From contig CAXXLL010000003.1 of assembly GCA_963662545.2 (NCBI GenBank), positions 960,001-1,024,000 on the forward strand: DNA of 64,000 nt, written 5' to 3'. Below, piece after piece: positions 46,155 to 56,409 of the stretch. A program made the position numbers and the translations under genes. The notes under the pieces were generated by a model, which did not search any database, was not told the origin of the DNA, and worked only from the letters and a program-made list of their open reading frames with translations. The first letter of the stretch is position 1; each line of letters opens with the position of its first letter. The DNA comes from Gammaproteobacteria bacterium (GTDB lineage: Bacteria; Pseudomonadota; Gammaproteobacteria; Ga0077536).

Positions 46155-47378
46155 TTATGGATTACGAACGTTGTCGAGGATGTGAATCGGCCGCTGGAAA
46201 TTCATCACCAGTCCGTAGCTGACATTGTCGAAGGTTCGAAAAACCAGCAACTCTCCGGCACGTTCTTCGGGCAATTTCACCCGTTTAGGACTCCCTCCGC
46301 CAATCGGTGTACCGACGAAATTTCTCGCTGCCCGATCGATATCGCGAATATCGTTCGCGATGGACTCGAAAAATCGCCCGGCGGCGGAAGGATTCTCCCG
46401 TTCCCGGCGCTGGTACTCTTCCCGCATTTCACGGTCGGCGATATCACTGGCGATGGGGTCGTCGATGATTTTGCCATCCTGGTAGATCGCGAGCACGTGT
46501 CCGGGTTCGAGGCCATCGTTGTCACCCCGGTTTAAAACGACTACCTGGTGTTGACCGATCTGCGATACCCCTTCGATCATCGAGATGATCTTGCCGTCGA
46601 CAGGGGAACTCGGTGAATGCGGAATTAATTCGGGAATTTCATCGCGCAGCTGTGGCATCAAACGGTCACCTTTGAGAATTTCCCGGCTGGATTTGACGAT
46701 AAATACCGTTGCCGGATCGCCAAACTTCTCGACCAAGCCGTCGCCGACGTGCAGCGCTTCGTAACCCAAAATGGCGCCCGTCCCAGGATCCCGGTAAGTG
46801 GGCCCTTGACGATAAATGGAGAACTTATTGGTGTTCGATTCGCGCAGGCCGCGAACGTAGACGCGCAGACCCGAACCGAAAGCAAGGCCTTCGTCCCAGC
46901 TGCCGACGATGTACGGCGCCTGCCCGAGCTCATTTTCAGATACCACCCGCGGACGCGTCAGAAACTGCTGCACCGCATCGAGCGGTATCGTACGAATGGC
47001 GTCTTCGTGTCGCGTTTCGCGGATACTGGGGGACAACTTGATGCTTCGGTTGCCGTCGCTCACCTCGCCTAACAGGTCGTCCGTGTCGGCGCTCATGTCT
47101 GCTTGAGCGATGCCGAGCGTCGGTTTTCCGTCCTTGAAGGTGAGCGCGACGACGTCACCCGGGTAGATCAGGTGCGGATTCTCTATCTGCGGATTAGTCT
47201 CCCAGATATCGGGCCACTGCCATGGTTGGGTCAGGAACCGTCCCGCAATGCCCCAAAGGGTATCGCCCTTCTGAACTGTATATTTTTCGGGATGATCCGC
47301 GCGTAACTGCACTTCGTCGGCGACGACGGTTGTACAGAACAAAAACAACCCAAGAAAAATAGGCATTTTCCTAAACAT
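46155..47378 (-). CDS. Exported LysM protein, TsaP-like
   Basis: Signal peptide and LysM YTVQKGDTLWGIA...NPHLIYPG. Conserved position divergent from def and upstream of dprA. Confidence 0.85.
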   Translation of the reverse strand: MFRKMPIFLGLFLFCTTVVADEVQLRADHPEKYTVQKGDTLWGIAGRFLTQPWQWPDIWETNPQIENPHLIYPGDVVALTFKDGKPTLGIAQADMSADTDDLLGEVSDGNRSIKLSPSIRETRHEDAIRTIPLDAVQQFLTRPRVVSENELGQAPYIVGSWDEGLAFGSGLRVYVRGLRESNTNKFSIYRQGPTYRDPGTGAILGYEALHVGDGLVEKFGDPATVFIVKSSREILKGDRLMPQLRDEIPELIPHSPSSPVDGKIISMIEGVSQIGQHQVVVLNRGDNDGLEPGHVLAIYQDGKIIDDPIASDIADREMREEYQRRERENPSAAGRFFESIANDIRDIDRAARNFVGTPIGGGSPKRVKLPEERAGELLVFRTFDNVSYGLVMNFQRPIHILDNVRNP

Positions 47379-47542
47379 GTCAATACCCTTACGTGACTTC
47401 CTTAATGTAGTTTAGCAGATTTGATAAAAAAGGGAACCTGTAACGGCGTGTTATGAGACGGCCGGCGTATTGCGGAATCTCGTTGAGTAATCAGTGTCTT
47501 ACAAGTATTCTCCCAACATACTAAGCAGTCTGTCGATGAGCC

Positions 47543-48046
47543 ATGGCAATCCTGCAAATTCTCCACCATCCTGACCCCCGGTTACGCAATAAGGCGCGGC
47601 CGGTGACCACCTTCGACCGTGGTCTAAAGTCCCTGATCGACGACATGCTGGAGACGATGTACGCCGCGCCTGGTATCGGGCTGGCCGCAACCCAGGTCAA
47701 CGTCCATCGACGAATCCTGGTGCTGGACGCCGCGCCGGACAAGAGCAGCCCCATGCATTTCGTCAACCCTAAGATTGTCGAATCCGAGGGCCTGAACGAG
47801 ACCGAAGAAGGATGTCTTTCGGTACCGGGCGTGTTCGAAACCATCGAGCGCGCCGAACGCATTCTGCTGACCGCATTCGATGGTGCCGGTAGCGCACTCG
47901 AGCTCGAAGCGGACGGATTACTGGCCGTCTGTATTCAGCATGAAATCGACCATCTCGACGGTAAACTATTCATCGACTACCTGTCCCAGCTCAAGCAGAA
48001 CAGGATCCGAAAGAAGCTCGAAAAAGACCAACGACTGGCAATGTAG
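47543..48046 (+). CDS. def: Peptide deformylase
   Basis: [19 protein letters not shown]. Confidence 0.98.
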   Translation: MAILQILHHPDPRLRNKARPVTTFDRGLKSLIDDMLETMYAAPGIGLAATQVNVHRRILVLDAAPDKSSPMHFVNPKIVESEGLNETEEGCLSVPGVFETIERAERILLTAFDGAGSALELEADGLLAVCIQHEIDHLDGKLFIDYLSQLKQNRIRKKLEKDQRLAM

Positions 48047-48334
48047 TACGCGCCAACCACTACGCGATAGCCTGGCCCGCTTATCGCGCAAAGGGGCTCG
48101 TGGCGCGCAAAGAAGTTGTCGAGCAAACACGATTGATCAGACCATTCGACGATGTTCGAGGAAATCGCAATTCCTTCCGCCGCTTGCAGCCTGCGACCGC
48201 TGCGGTACCCGCCGTCCTTCATGCAGTAGGCGGGCTGATGAAGAATCAAGTTTTTCTTCAGCCTGTTAATCTAAAGGTGCGAGAAAACACCGCGTCGCCC
48301 TAATTTCCGCATCGGGCGACAGCGGCACACCGTT

Positions 48335-49258
48335 ATGGAATCCATTCGAACTGTATTTGCCGGTACACCGGCTTTTGCCGTACCCAGCCTGCAGGCGCTG
48401 CAGGCCCACCCCAGCGTCAATGTCGTTGCGGTCTACACGCAACCGGATCGACCGGCTGGCCGCGGACGACGCTTGACTGCGAGTCTGGTTAAACAAACGG
48501 CCGTGGCTGCCGGTCTTGCGGTCGAACAACCGCCGGATCTGAAACCGCTCGCCGCGTTGCAGCGATTCGCTTCTTACAAACCTGATCTCCTGGTTGTTGC
48601 CGCCTACGGACTCATACTGCCGAGCGACTATTTGGGCGTTCCTGCTGCCGCTATCAATGTTCACGCATCCTTACTGCCCCGTTGGCGCGGTGCGGCTCCT
48701 ATTCAACGCGCCTTGATGGCTGGCGACGACCGCACCGGGATTTCAATCATGCGGATTGTGGAACGTCTGGATGCGGGGCCGGTCTGGTTATCAAAGGACT
48801 GCCTCATCACCAACACTGATACCGGAGGCACACTGCACGACCGGCTTGCGCTCCTGGGATCCGATGCATTGAACGAATCAATCGGCCGATTCCTTAAAGG
48901 TTCAATTGTCGAATCGCCACAAAATGAGGCATCAGCGATCTACGCCGAGAAAATTACCTCCGAGGATCGCACGATAAATTGGTCCGATCCATCGGCGAAG
49001 ATCGCATTTCAGGTCCGCGCGCTCAATCCCGTGCCGGCCGCCGCGACCCGCCTTGGCAAAATGGATATCAAGGTATTTGAATGCCGTATCGAAAGCTCAG
49101 GAAAACAATCTAGTCCCGGGAGCATATTGGGCTTGAGCCGGGATGGGATAAAAATGGCGACGGGCGACGGCATACTGTCTATTGTTGAACTACAGCCTCC
49201 TGGTAAACACCGCATGTCGGCCGAATCGTTTATCAACGGATACGGGAGCCAGCTTTGA
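48335..49258 (+). CDS. fmt: Methionyl-tRNA formyltransferase
   Basis: FAGTPAFA; INVHASLLPRWRGAAPI. Confidence 0.98.
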   Translation: MESIRTVFAGTPAFAVPSLQALQAHPSVNVVAVYTQPDRPAGRGRRLTASLVKQTAVAAGLAVEQPPDLKPLAALQRFASYKPDLLVVAAYGLILPSDYLGVPAAAINVHASLLPRWRGAAPIQRALMAGDDRTGISIMRIVERLDAGPVWLSKDCLITNTDTGGTLHDRLALLGSDALNESIGRFLKGSIVESPQNEASAIYAEKITSEDRTINWSDPSAKIAFQVRALNPVPAAATRLGKMDIKVFECRIESSGKQSSPGSILGLSRDGIKMATGDGILSIVELQPPGKHRMSAESFINGYGSQL

Positions 49259-50574
49259 GCCGCAAAGCGCAGTCCGCAAGAACCGTTTGCGCGCGCCTGA
49301 TAAAGGCGATCGTTAACGACGGTCGGTCCCTGTCCACAGCTGGACCCGCCATCCTGGCGGAAGTTGAAAACGAGCGGGATCGCGCTTTCGTACAGGCTTG
49401 CGTCTACGGCGTTCTCAGAAATTACTATTCATTGCGTGCTCGGCTCGCCGGTTTACTCGAGCGTCCTCTGCGCGCTAAAGACGCGGATATCGAAGCGCTG
49501 CTCGTGGGCGGGATATATCAAATCGGCCATATGGGAGTTCCTGACCATGCCGCCGTGTCCGCTTGCGTAGATGCCGCGCGCGAGTTGGGAAAATCCTGGG
49601 CTTGCTCCCTGGTAAACGGCGTTTTGCGGAACGCAATACGGCAGAAGTCTCACACGACCGAAACTGCGGACGAATCCGTAATTTTCGACTATCCGCAATG
49701 GATGATCGACCGTTTCCGCAGCGATTGGCCGGATCAATGGGAGGCAATTCTTAGATCCGGCAACAACCATGCGCCCATGACTCTTCGCGTAAATCAGCAA
49801 CGAACGACCGTGGATAAATACAGATCGATACTTGCCAATGTGGGGATCGAATCGCAACCTACGTCTTTTTCCGAGGTCGGTCTCAAATTGGAACGGCCGG
49901 CGCCGGTTGGCGCTTTACCCGAGTTCGACCGTGGATGGGTTTCCGTACAGGATGAAGCGGCCCAATTAGCCGTGCCGCTCCTCGCGCCGCAAACAGGTGA
50001 AAAAATCCTCGATGCCTGCGCCGCACCTGGCGGTAAAACAGGTCATTTACTCGAGAGCACAGACGGAAATTTCGACCTTCTTGCGCTCGACAAGTCGAAC
50101 GCCCGCATGGAGAGCGTCGAAGAAAATTTAAAACGCATTGGCCAGCAATGTGCACTACGAGTCGCTGATGCCGCAGCGCCCGGCGAATGGTGGGACGGCG
50201 AACCATTCGATGCCATTCTGCTGGACGCCCCGTGCACCGGGCTCGGCATTATTCGTCGACATCCCGATATACGTCTTCATCGCCGTGCTGAAGACGTTGA
50301 GAATCTTGTAGAAACGCAGCTTTACTTGCTCAGGACTTTATGGCGGTTACTACGCGCAGGCGGTAGGCTCTTATACGTTACCTGTTCGATAATACCCGGC
50401 GAAAACGACTTCGTCATCGCCTCATTGCTCGCGGAGCAGAGAGACGTATGCGTTCAGCCCCTGCAAGAAAATTGGGGCAGAAAAACTCAATACGGTCGTC
50501 AAATTCTCCCCGGAGAAGATGAAATGGATGGGTTCTATTACGCTTTCCTGATCAAGGACCCGATCGATCGATGA
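49255..50574 (+). CDS. rsmB: 16S rRNA m5C967 methyltransferase
   Basis: NusB-like N-terminus, DACAAPGGKT, DAPC, TCS. Confidence 0.96.
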   Translation: MSRKAQSARTVCARLIKAIVNDGRSLSTAGPAILAEVENERDRAFVQACVYGVLRNYYSLRARLAGLLERPLRAKDADIEALLVGGIYQIGHMGVPDHAAVSACVDAARELGKSWACSLVNGVLRNAIRQKSHTTETADESVIFDYPQWMIDRFRSDWPDQWEAILRSGNNHAPMTLRVNQQRTTVDKYRSILANVGIESQPTSFSEVGLKLERPAPVGALPEFDRGWVSVQDEAAQLAVPLLAPQTGEKILDACAAPGGKTGHLLESTDGNFDLLALDKSNARMESVEENLKRIGQQCALRVADAAAPGEWWDGEPFDAILLDAPCTGLGIIRRHPDIRLHRRAEDVENLVETQLYLLRTLWRLLRAGGRLLYVTCSIIPGENDFVIASLLAEQRDVCVQPLQENWGRKTQYGRQILPGEDEMDGFYYAFLIKDPIDR

Positions 50575-51143
50575 AACGGCATCTGAACTGGGTTCAAAAT
50601 GGCTTCGTTTCGATCACACTGTTTCTGGCGATCATCTGCGGTCCTGTCTATGCAAGTGACATCTTCGTTAAGAACGCAGACACAGAAATCGTCAATGACA
50701 TGGTACTCGTCAATGCGGATGCGTCTTTTGATTTCAGCGAAGATGCATTGAACGCTCTGCATAGCGGCATACCAATCACGATCGAGTTGGACATCAAGAT
50801 CACGCGGCCCCGCAACTATCTATGGGACCCCAAACTGATCAGTACTCACCGCGAGTATTCGATCCAGCGCCACGCTTTAAGTGAGCAGTTTATCTTGACT
50901 GAATTGATTACAAGCGCTCGACACATTCATGGTTCGCTTGAGCTCGCGATTGACGATCTGGGCAGAATTCGCGGACTTCCGCTCGCTGAAATCTCCGAAC
51001 TCGACAATCAAACACTTTACAATATTAGCTTGCGAATCCGCCTCGACATCGAATCGCTACCTGCGCCGATGATTCCGCTTGCATACATTTCGCCAAGCTG
51101 GCACATGTCCAGTGGATGGTATCGATGGAAGACCAGCCTCTAA
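50571..51143 (+). CDS. DUF4390-like exported protein
   Basis: Signal peptide, ALHSGIPI, RLDIESLPAPM...W. Conserved position between rsmB and an ntrY-like kinase. Confidence 0.8.
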   Translation: MKRHLNWVQNGFVSITLFLAIICGPVYASDIFVKNADTEIVNDMVLVNADASFDFSEDALNALHSGIPITIELDIKITRPRNYLWDPKLISTHREYSIQRHALSEQFILTELITSARHIHGSLELAIDDLGRIRGLPLAEISELDNQTLYNISLRIRLDIESLPAPMIPLAYISPSWHMSSGWYRWKTSL

Positions 51144-53380
51144 AACGGCGCGCCATTGCGCTTGGCTCGATAGCGCTGTTGGGCCTGTCGCTGCTGGGTT
51201 TACTCATTCTTATGAGCGCTGCAATTCAGAATTCCGCCAAATTCGGCGCGATGTATTCGGTATTGTTGCTTTCTAATTCCGCCGGCCTGCTCGCTTTCAT
51301 CATTCTGATCGGCATTAATATACGGCGATTGACAAAGCAGCTGCGTTCACGCGAACCCGGCGCACGCTTGACCCTTCGGATGTTGCTGATCTTTGTTGCA
51401 CTCGCGGTAATTCCGGTCATCGTCGTTTACAGTTTTTCACTCGATTTTTTGAGACGCGGAATTGATAGCTGGTTCGACGTTCGCGTCGAACAGGCGCTGG
51501 AAGATTCTCTGGAGCTTGGGCGCGAAGCACTGGATCTGCGTATGCGCCAGTTTCTCGTCCAAACGGAAAGCATGGCTGCGCTGCTTGCACGCGGAACGCC
51601 GCATCGGACAACCCTGAATCTAGACGCCCTGCGAAATCCCAACAGCATAATTGCCGCTAGTGCATGGGAACCAGGGCCCTCCGACCTCAATGCGATGCGC
51701 GCGAGCAGCGGAGCCGATGAGTTGACTCTGCTCAGTTATACGGGTGATTTACTGGCTTCGAGCAGCCGAATATCAGATATCATTCCGAACCTTCCGCCGG
51801 AGGCCGTGCTCAACCAGGTTCGCCAGGGGCAAAGTTATATAGGACTGGATCCCATTCGCAACGGCGGTCTCCTGGTCCGAGTTGCCGCCCGCGTGGCCGA
51901 CGTGTCCGGTTCCGGTTCGCCCCGGATACTCCACGCACTGTATCCCATTGCAACCCGTATGAACGAACTTGCGGAAAGCATCGAATTCGCCTACGCCAAG
52001 TACAACGAAGTTTCATATCTTCGCGACAAGCTAAAACTTAGCTTCGCGATGACGCTCACACTCGTTCTCATGTTCAGTATCGTGACGGCAGTGTGGGCGG
52101 CGTTCTATTCTGCCCGCCGGCTTGCAGCTCCGATTCGCGATCTTGCCGAAGGTACTGCCGCGGTCGCGGCCGGGGATTACGAAACCAGCCTCCCAGTAAA
52201 AAGCAACGACGAAATTGGATTTCTGGTTAGCTCCTTCAACGACATGACCCGAAGGATTGCGTCTGCACGCGAGGAAGTGGAAACGCAGCATGAGTATCTC
52301 GATACGATGCTGCGGCAATTGTCCTCCGGAGTCGTGGCGCTGGACGACGAAGCCAATATCACGACGATCAATAACGCCGCTTTGAAAATGCTCGAAATAG
52401 ACAGAGTGGTGGAACCTGGTACGTCGTTTCTCGCCATTTGCGAGCGGGACCCACACCTCCTCCCGATCGGTGTTGTACTACGGCCTTTGATTGCCGAACA
52501 CCATCAGCGGTGGCAGAAGCAGGTAACCATTTTTGCATCAGACGGGCGGCGCGTATTGATGTGCCGTGGAACCGCCTTATCCGGTTCACACAGTGCGGCT
52601 GTCGGATACGTCATCGTGTTCGAAAACATCACCGCAATCATCCAGGGCCAACGCGATGCGGCGTGGTCGGAAGTCGCGCGTCGGCTCGCTCACGAAATCA
52701 AAAATCCATTGACTCCGATACATCTCGCCGCCGAGCGCCTGCGAAAGAAATATCTGCCTAAGCTGGAAGACGAACAAAGAGAACCACTCGACCGACTGAC
52801 AAGTACCATCATTCAGCAGGTCGACACGATGAAAACCATGGTCAATTCATTTTCCGACTATGCTAAATCCCCGGTAATCGACAAGACCCCGGTCAATATC
52901 AATTCGCTGCTCGGTGGGGTCATCGAATTGTTCAAGGGCGCACACCCTGATGCGAATCTGGAAACGCGGTTCGACGAGTATCTCCCAGATCTTTCGGCGG
53001 ACGCCGCCCGACTGCGCCAGGTATTCAATAACCTGGTAAAGAATGCGCTGGAAGCGTCGCCGGAAGGTGTAAATGCGCATATCATGGTAATGACATCGAA
53101 ATCGCGTTACGCGACCGCGGACCATATCGAGATCCGCATCGAAGATCGCGGCGAAGGAGTACCGGAAAAATTGCTGCAGAATATTTTCGAACCTTATGTC
53201 ACGAATAAGGCCCGCGGCACGGGCCTGGGTCTTGCAATCGTCAAAAAGATCGTCGAAGAACACAATGGCGTCGTCACATTGCGCAATAATGAAGGCCCTG
53301 GTGCGGTAGCGATCATCAGGTTACCAATCGGTAAAGAAGCAACGCTCGCCAACGAGCCGCTGCAAAGGGATGCGGTATGA
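51116..53380 (+). CDS. ntrY: NtrY-like HAMP/PAS sensor histidine kinase
   Basis: GIDSWFD; AWSEVARRLAHEIKNPLTPI; FEPYVT; GTGLGL. Confidence 0.8.
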   Translation: MVSMEDQPLKRRAIALGSIALLGLSLLGLLILMSAAIQNSAKFGAMYSVLLLSNSAGLLAFIILIGINIRRLTKQLRSREPGARLTLRMLLIFVALAVIPVIVVYSFSLDFLRRGIDSWFDVRVEQALEDSLELGREALDLRMRQFLVQTESMAALLARGTPHRTTLNLDALRNPNSIIAASAWEPGPSDLNAMRASSGADELTLLSYTGDLLASSSRISDIIPNLPPEAVLNQVRQGQSYIGLDPIRNGGLLVRVAARVADVSGSGSPRILHALYPIATRMNELAESIEFAYAKYNEVSYLRDKLKLSFAMTLTLVLMFSIVTAVWAAFYSARRLAAPIRDLAEGTAAVAAGDYETSLPVKSNDEIGFLVSSFNDMTRRIASAREEVETQHEYLDTMLRQLSSGVVALDDEANITTINNAALKMLEIDRVVEPGTSFLAICERDPHLLPIGVVLRPLIAEHHQRWQKQVTIFASDGRRVLMCRGTALSGSHSAAVGYVIVFENITAIIQGQRDAAWSEVARRLAHEIKNPLTPIHLAAERLRKKYLPKLEDEQREPLDRLTSTIIQQVDTMKTMVNSFSDYAKSPVIDKTPVNINSLLGGVIELFKGAHPDANLETRFDEYLPDLSADAARLRQVFNNLVKNALEASPEGVNAHIMVMTSKSRYATADHIEIRIEDRGEGVPEKLLQNIFEPYVTNKARGTGLGLAIVKKIVEEHNGVVTLRNNEGPGAVAIIRLPIGKEATLANEPLQRDAV

Positions 53381-54753
53381 ATACCGGCCACATTCTCGTA
53401 GTCGACGATGAACCCGACATTCGCATCCTATTGAAGGAAATACTCGAAGATGAAGGCTTCGAGGTCACCACCGCCGAGAATGCGCACCAAGCGAGGGAGA
53501 GCCGTCGTCACCGTCGGCCCGATCTCGTCCTGCTCGATATTTGGATGCCGGATACCGACGGCATCAGCTTGTTGAAAGAATGGTCGGTCGGCAATGCGCT
53601 CGATGCGCCAGTCATCATCATGTCGGGTCACGGCTCAGTGGAAACGGCTGTAGAGGCAACGCGTCTGGGGGCATACGATTTCATCGAAAAGCCGCTTTCT
53701 ACTGCGAAGATTCTCGTCACCGTTCAGCGTGCTCTGGAAAACGCAAGTCTCAAATCCGAAAATATCGGCCTTCGACAGCGCACGCATTCATCGGTTGATC
53801 CCATTGGTACGAGCATTGTGATGGAGAAGTTGCGCAACGACGTGCTTCGGATCGCCGACCACAAGACCAGCGTTTTTATCACCGGTGAGTCCGGTACCGG
53901 TAAGGAAGTCGTCGCTCGCTATATCCATGCAAACAGCCGTCGAGTCTCGGGCAAATTTGTGAGCGTTAACGTCGCTGGTCTGGCGCGTGAGAATCCGCAC
54001 ACCGAATTGTTCGGAGTCGAAGAAGGCGGCAGAGTGATTTTTGGCTCCTTGGAGCTCGCCAACGGCGGTACGCTGTTTCTTAAAGATATCGCCGATATGG
54101 ATTTGAATACTCAGGCACGCTTGTTGAGCGCGCTCGAAAACCAGGCATTTCTGCGAGTCGGTGGACGCGAACCGGTATCCGTGGACATCCGAATCATCGC
54201 GAGTACGCGCAAAAAACTGGTAGAACTCGTCGGCGCGGGCGAGTTTCGCGAGGACCTTTTCTATCATCTAAACGTACTGCCGCTTGTCGTTCCCGCTCTG
54301 CGGGAGCGACGAGACGATATTGACGAATTGGTCGAATTCTTCCTCGATGCATTCGAGAAGCATGAAGCGCTGCCCCGCCGCCTCTTCCCGGGTTCCGTGC
54401 GAAACCGATTAAAGGATTACGATTGGCCGGGCAATATCCGTGAGTTGCGAAATTTCGTGCAACGATTATTGATTTTGGGGTCCAGTGACCATGTCGAATT
54501 GTCCGAGGTCAATTCAATGCTGGGAATTCGGACCAAGGCGAATCTAGAGCCGTTGTTGCCGGGTTTCGATCTCCCTCTGAGGGAAGCGCGGGAACAATTC
54601 GAAAAAGCCTACCTCGAATTCCAGTTACGGGCACTCAAAGGCAGTGTCAGTAAAGTTTCCGAACGCGTCGGCATAGAGCGCACCCACCTGTATCGAAAAT
54701 TACGCAGTCTTGGTATCGATCCGAAGCGTATCAAGGAAGCCAGCAAGGCATGA
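53377..54753 (+). CDS. ntrX: NtrX-like response regulator (REC, degenerate AAA+, Fis HTH)
   Basis: [49 protein letters not shown]. Confidence 0.8.
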   Translation: MNTGHILVVDDEPDIRILLKEILEDEGFEVTTAENAHQARESRRHRRPDLVLLDIWMPDTDGISLLKEWSVGNALDAPVIIMSGHGSVETAVEATRLGAYDFIEKPLSTAKILVTVQRALENASLKSENIGLRQRTHSSVDPIGTSIVMEKLRNDVLRIADHKTSVFITGESGTGKEVVARYIHANSRRVSGKFVSVNVAGLARENPHTELFGVEEGGRVIFGSLELANGGTLFLKDIADMDLNTQARLLSALENQAFLRVGGREPVSVDIRIIASTRKKLVELVGAGEFREDLFYHLNVLPLVVPALRERRDDIDELVEFFLDAFEKHEALPRRLFPGSVRNRLKDYDWPGNIRELRNFVQRLLILGSSDHVELSEVNSMLGIRTKANLEPLLPGFDLPLREAREQFEKAYLEFQLRALKGSVSKVSERVGIERTHLYRKLRSLGIDPKRIKEASKA

Positions 54754-56123
54754 AAATTATCATCCTTGGAGCCGGCCAGGTCGGCTCTTCGGTTGCTTCC
54801 AATCTGTGCAGCGAAGAAAATGACATCACCGTAGTCGATCACGATCCGGCGCGCCTGCAATCATTACAGGACAGGTTCGATTTAAGAACGGTCGTAGGCC
54901 ACGCATCCCATCCGCACGTACTAGGCCGGGCCGGCGCCCGAGACGCGGACATGATCATTGCCGTTACGAACAGTGACGAAACGAATATGGTCGCATGCCA
55001 GGTCGCCTACACCTTGTTTCATACGCCCACGAAAATCGCGCGCGTACGTGACAGCCATTATCAGAATCATCCAGACCTTTTTGCTCAGGAAGCAATTCCG
55101 GTCGACGTCTTGATCAGTCCAGAGCAGGAAGTCACGGACTACACGAAACGATTGATCGAATTTCCGGGTGCCCTGCAGGTGCTGGATTTCGCCGGCGGCA
55201 AGGTGCAACTCGTTGCCGCACGCGCCTTCTACGGCGGTCCGTTGGTCGGGCATCGGCTGCGCGAATTGCCGGAACAGTTGCCCGGCATCGAAACTCGTGT
55301 AACCGCGATCTTCAGGCGTCATGAGGCCATTATTCCTGAAGGGGATACGGTTATTGAAGCCGGCGACGATGTCTTCTTCATTGCCGCACCGAAACACATC
55401 CGTGCGGTTATGAGCGAATTCCGTAAACTCGATGAGCCCAATCGACGCATTGTTATCGCGGGCGGAGGCAATATCGGAAAACGGCTGGCGATGGCGCTTG
55501 AGAAAACGTGCAATATAAAGATCATCGAAAACAACCCGGAGCGCGCGCGTGCAATCTCGGAGGATTTGAAACACGCCTACGTTCTTCTAGGCGACGCAGC
55601 GGATGAAGATCTTCTGATCGAGGAGAATATCGAGAATACGGACGTTTTCTGCGCGCTTACCAATGCTGACGAAGCGAACATCATTTCTTCGATGCTGGCT
55701 AAACGGTTAGGCGCCAAAACCGTAATGGCTTTGATCAATCGAGCCGCGTATGTGGACTTGGTACAGCGCGATATTATCGATATCGCGATTTCGCCTCAGC
55801 AGGCAACGATTGGCAGCCTGCTAGCACATGTTCGCAGGGGCGATGTCGTCAAGGTCCACGCCCTGCGACGCGGATCGGCAGAAGCTATCGAAGCCATTGC
55901 TCACGGCGACCGGAATTCGAGCCAGGTCGTCGGGCGGACGATTGAAAACGTCGACCTTCCTCCGGGCACGACGATCGGCGCGATCGTACGCGGAAGTAAG
56001 GTCATCATGGTCCATCACGACACCATCATTGAACCCGAAGACCATGTGATTTTGTTTGTAACGAACAAACGGCACGTCAGAGATGTCGAGCGTTTGTTCC
56101 AGGTTAACGTGACTTTTATTTAG
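54750..56123 (+). CDS. trkA: Trk potassium uptake protein TrkA
   Basis: [12 protein letters not shown]; second RCK domain GGGNIG. Confidence 0.97.
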   Translation: MKIIILGAGQVGSSVASNLCSEENDITVVDHDPARLQSLQDRFDLRTVVGHASHPHVLGRAGARDADMIIAVTNSDETNMVACQVAYTLFHTPTKIARVRDSHYQNHPDLFAQEAIPVDVLISPEQEVTDYTKRLIEFPGALQVLDFAGGKVQLVAARAFYGGPLVGHRLRELPEQLPGIETRVTAIFRRHEAIIPEGDTVIEAGDDVFFIAAPKHIRAVMSEFRKLDEPNRRIVIAGGGNIGKRLAMALEKTCNIKIIENNPERARAISEDLKHAYVLLGDAADEDLLIEENIENTDVFCALTNADEANIISSMLAKRLGAKTVMALINRAAYVDLVQRDIIDIAISPQQATIGSLLAHVRRGDVVKVHALRRGSAEAIEAIAHGDRNSSQVVGRTIENVDLPPGTTIGAIVRGSKVIMVHHDTIIEPEDHVILFVTNKRHVRDVERLFQVNVTFI

Positions 56124-56141
56124 GCGCTTCAACCGGTCCTG

Positions 56142-56407
56142 GTGCTCCAACAAGCTAATATTGATGGGTTCAGCGTTCCCGTAGTGTTTCGTAGCAAGGC
56201 GCAGTGTGCAGGAAATGGCCGTAGTCCTTTTCAAGCGCTGTAACGAAGCTGCGGGACACCACGGGAGCGCCCTGCGGGTTGGCTGGTCAGCGTCCATGGA
56301 CTGCGCTGCGCCTCTTGGAAAGGACTACGGCCATTCCCTGCGAGGCGCGCCTTGCAATGAACGCTGACAAGCCAACTGAACCCATCAATATTAGCTTGTT
56401 GGAACAC
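56142..56407. repeat. 266-bp structured palindromic MITE-like element
   Basis: 31/32-bp terminal IR (56142-56173/56376-56407) plus three internal complementary pairs. Confidence 0.85.
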
Positions 56408-56409
56408 TA

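Noticed and set aside
46011-46535. 174-aa plus-strand ORF next to the IS right end
   Set aside because: Mostly antisense to the LysM gene, with no protein-like motifs.
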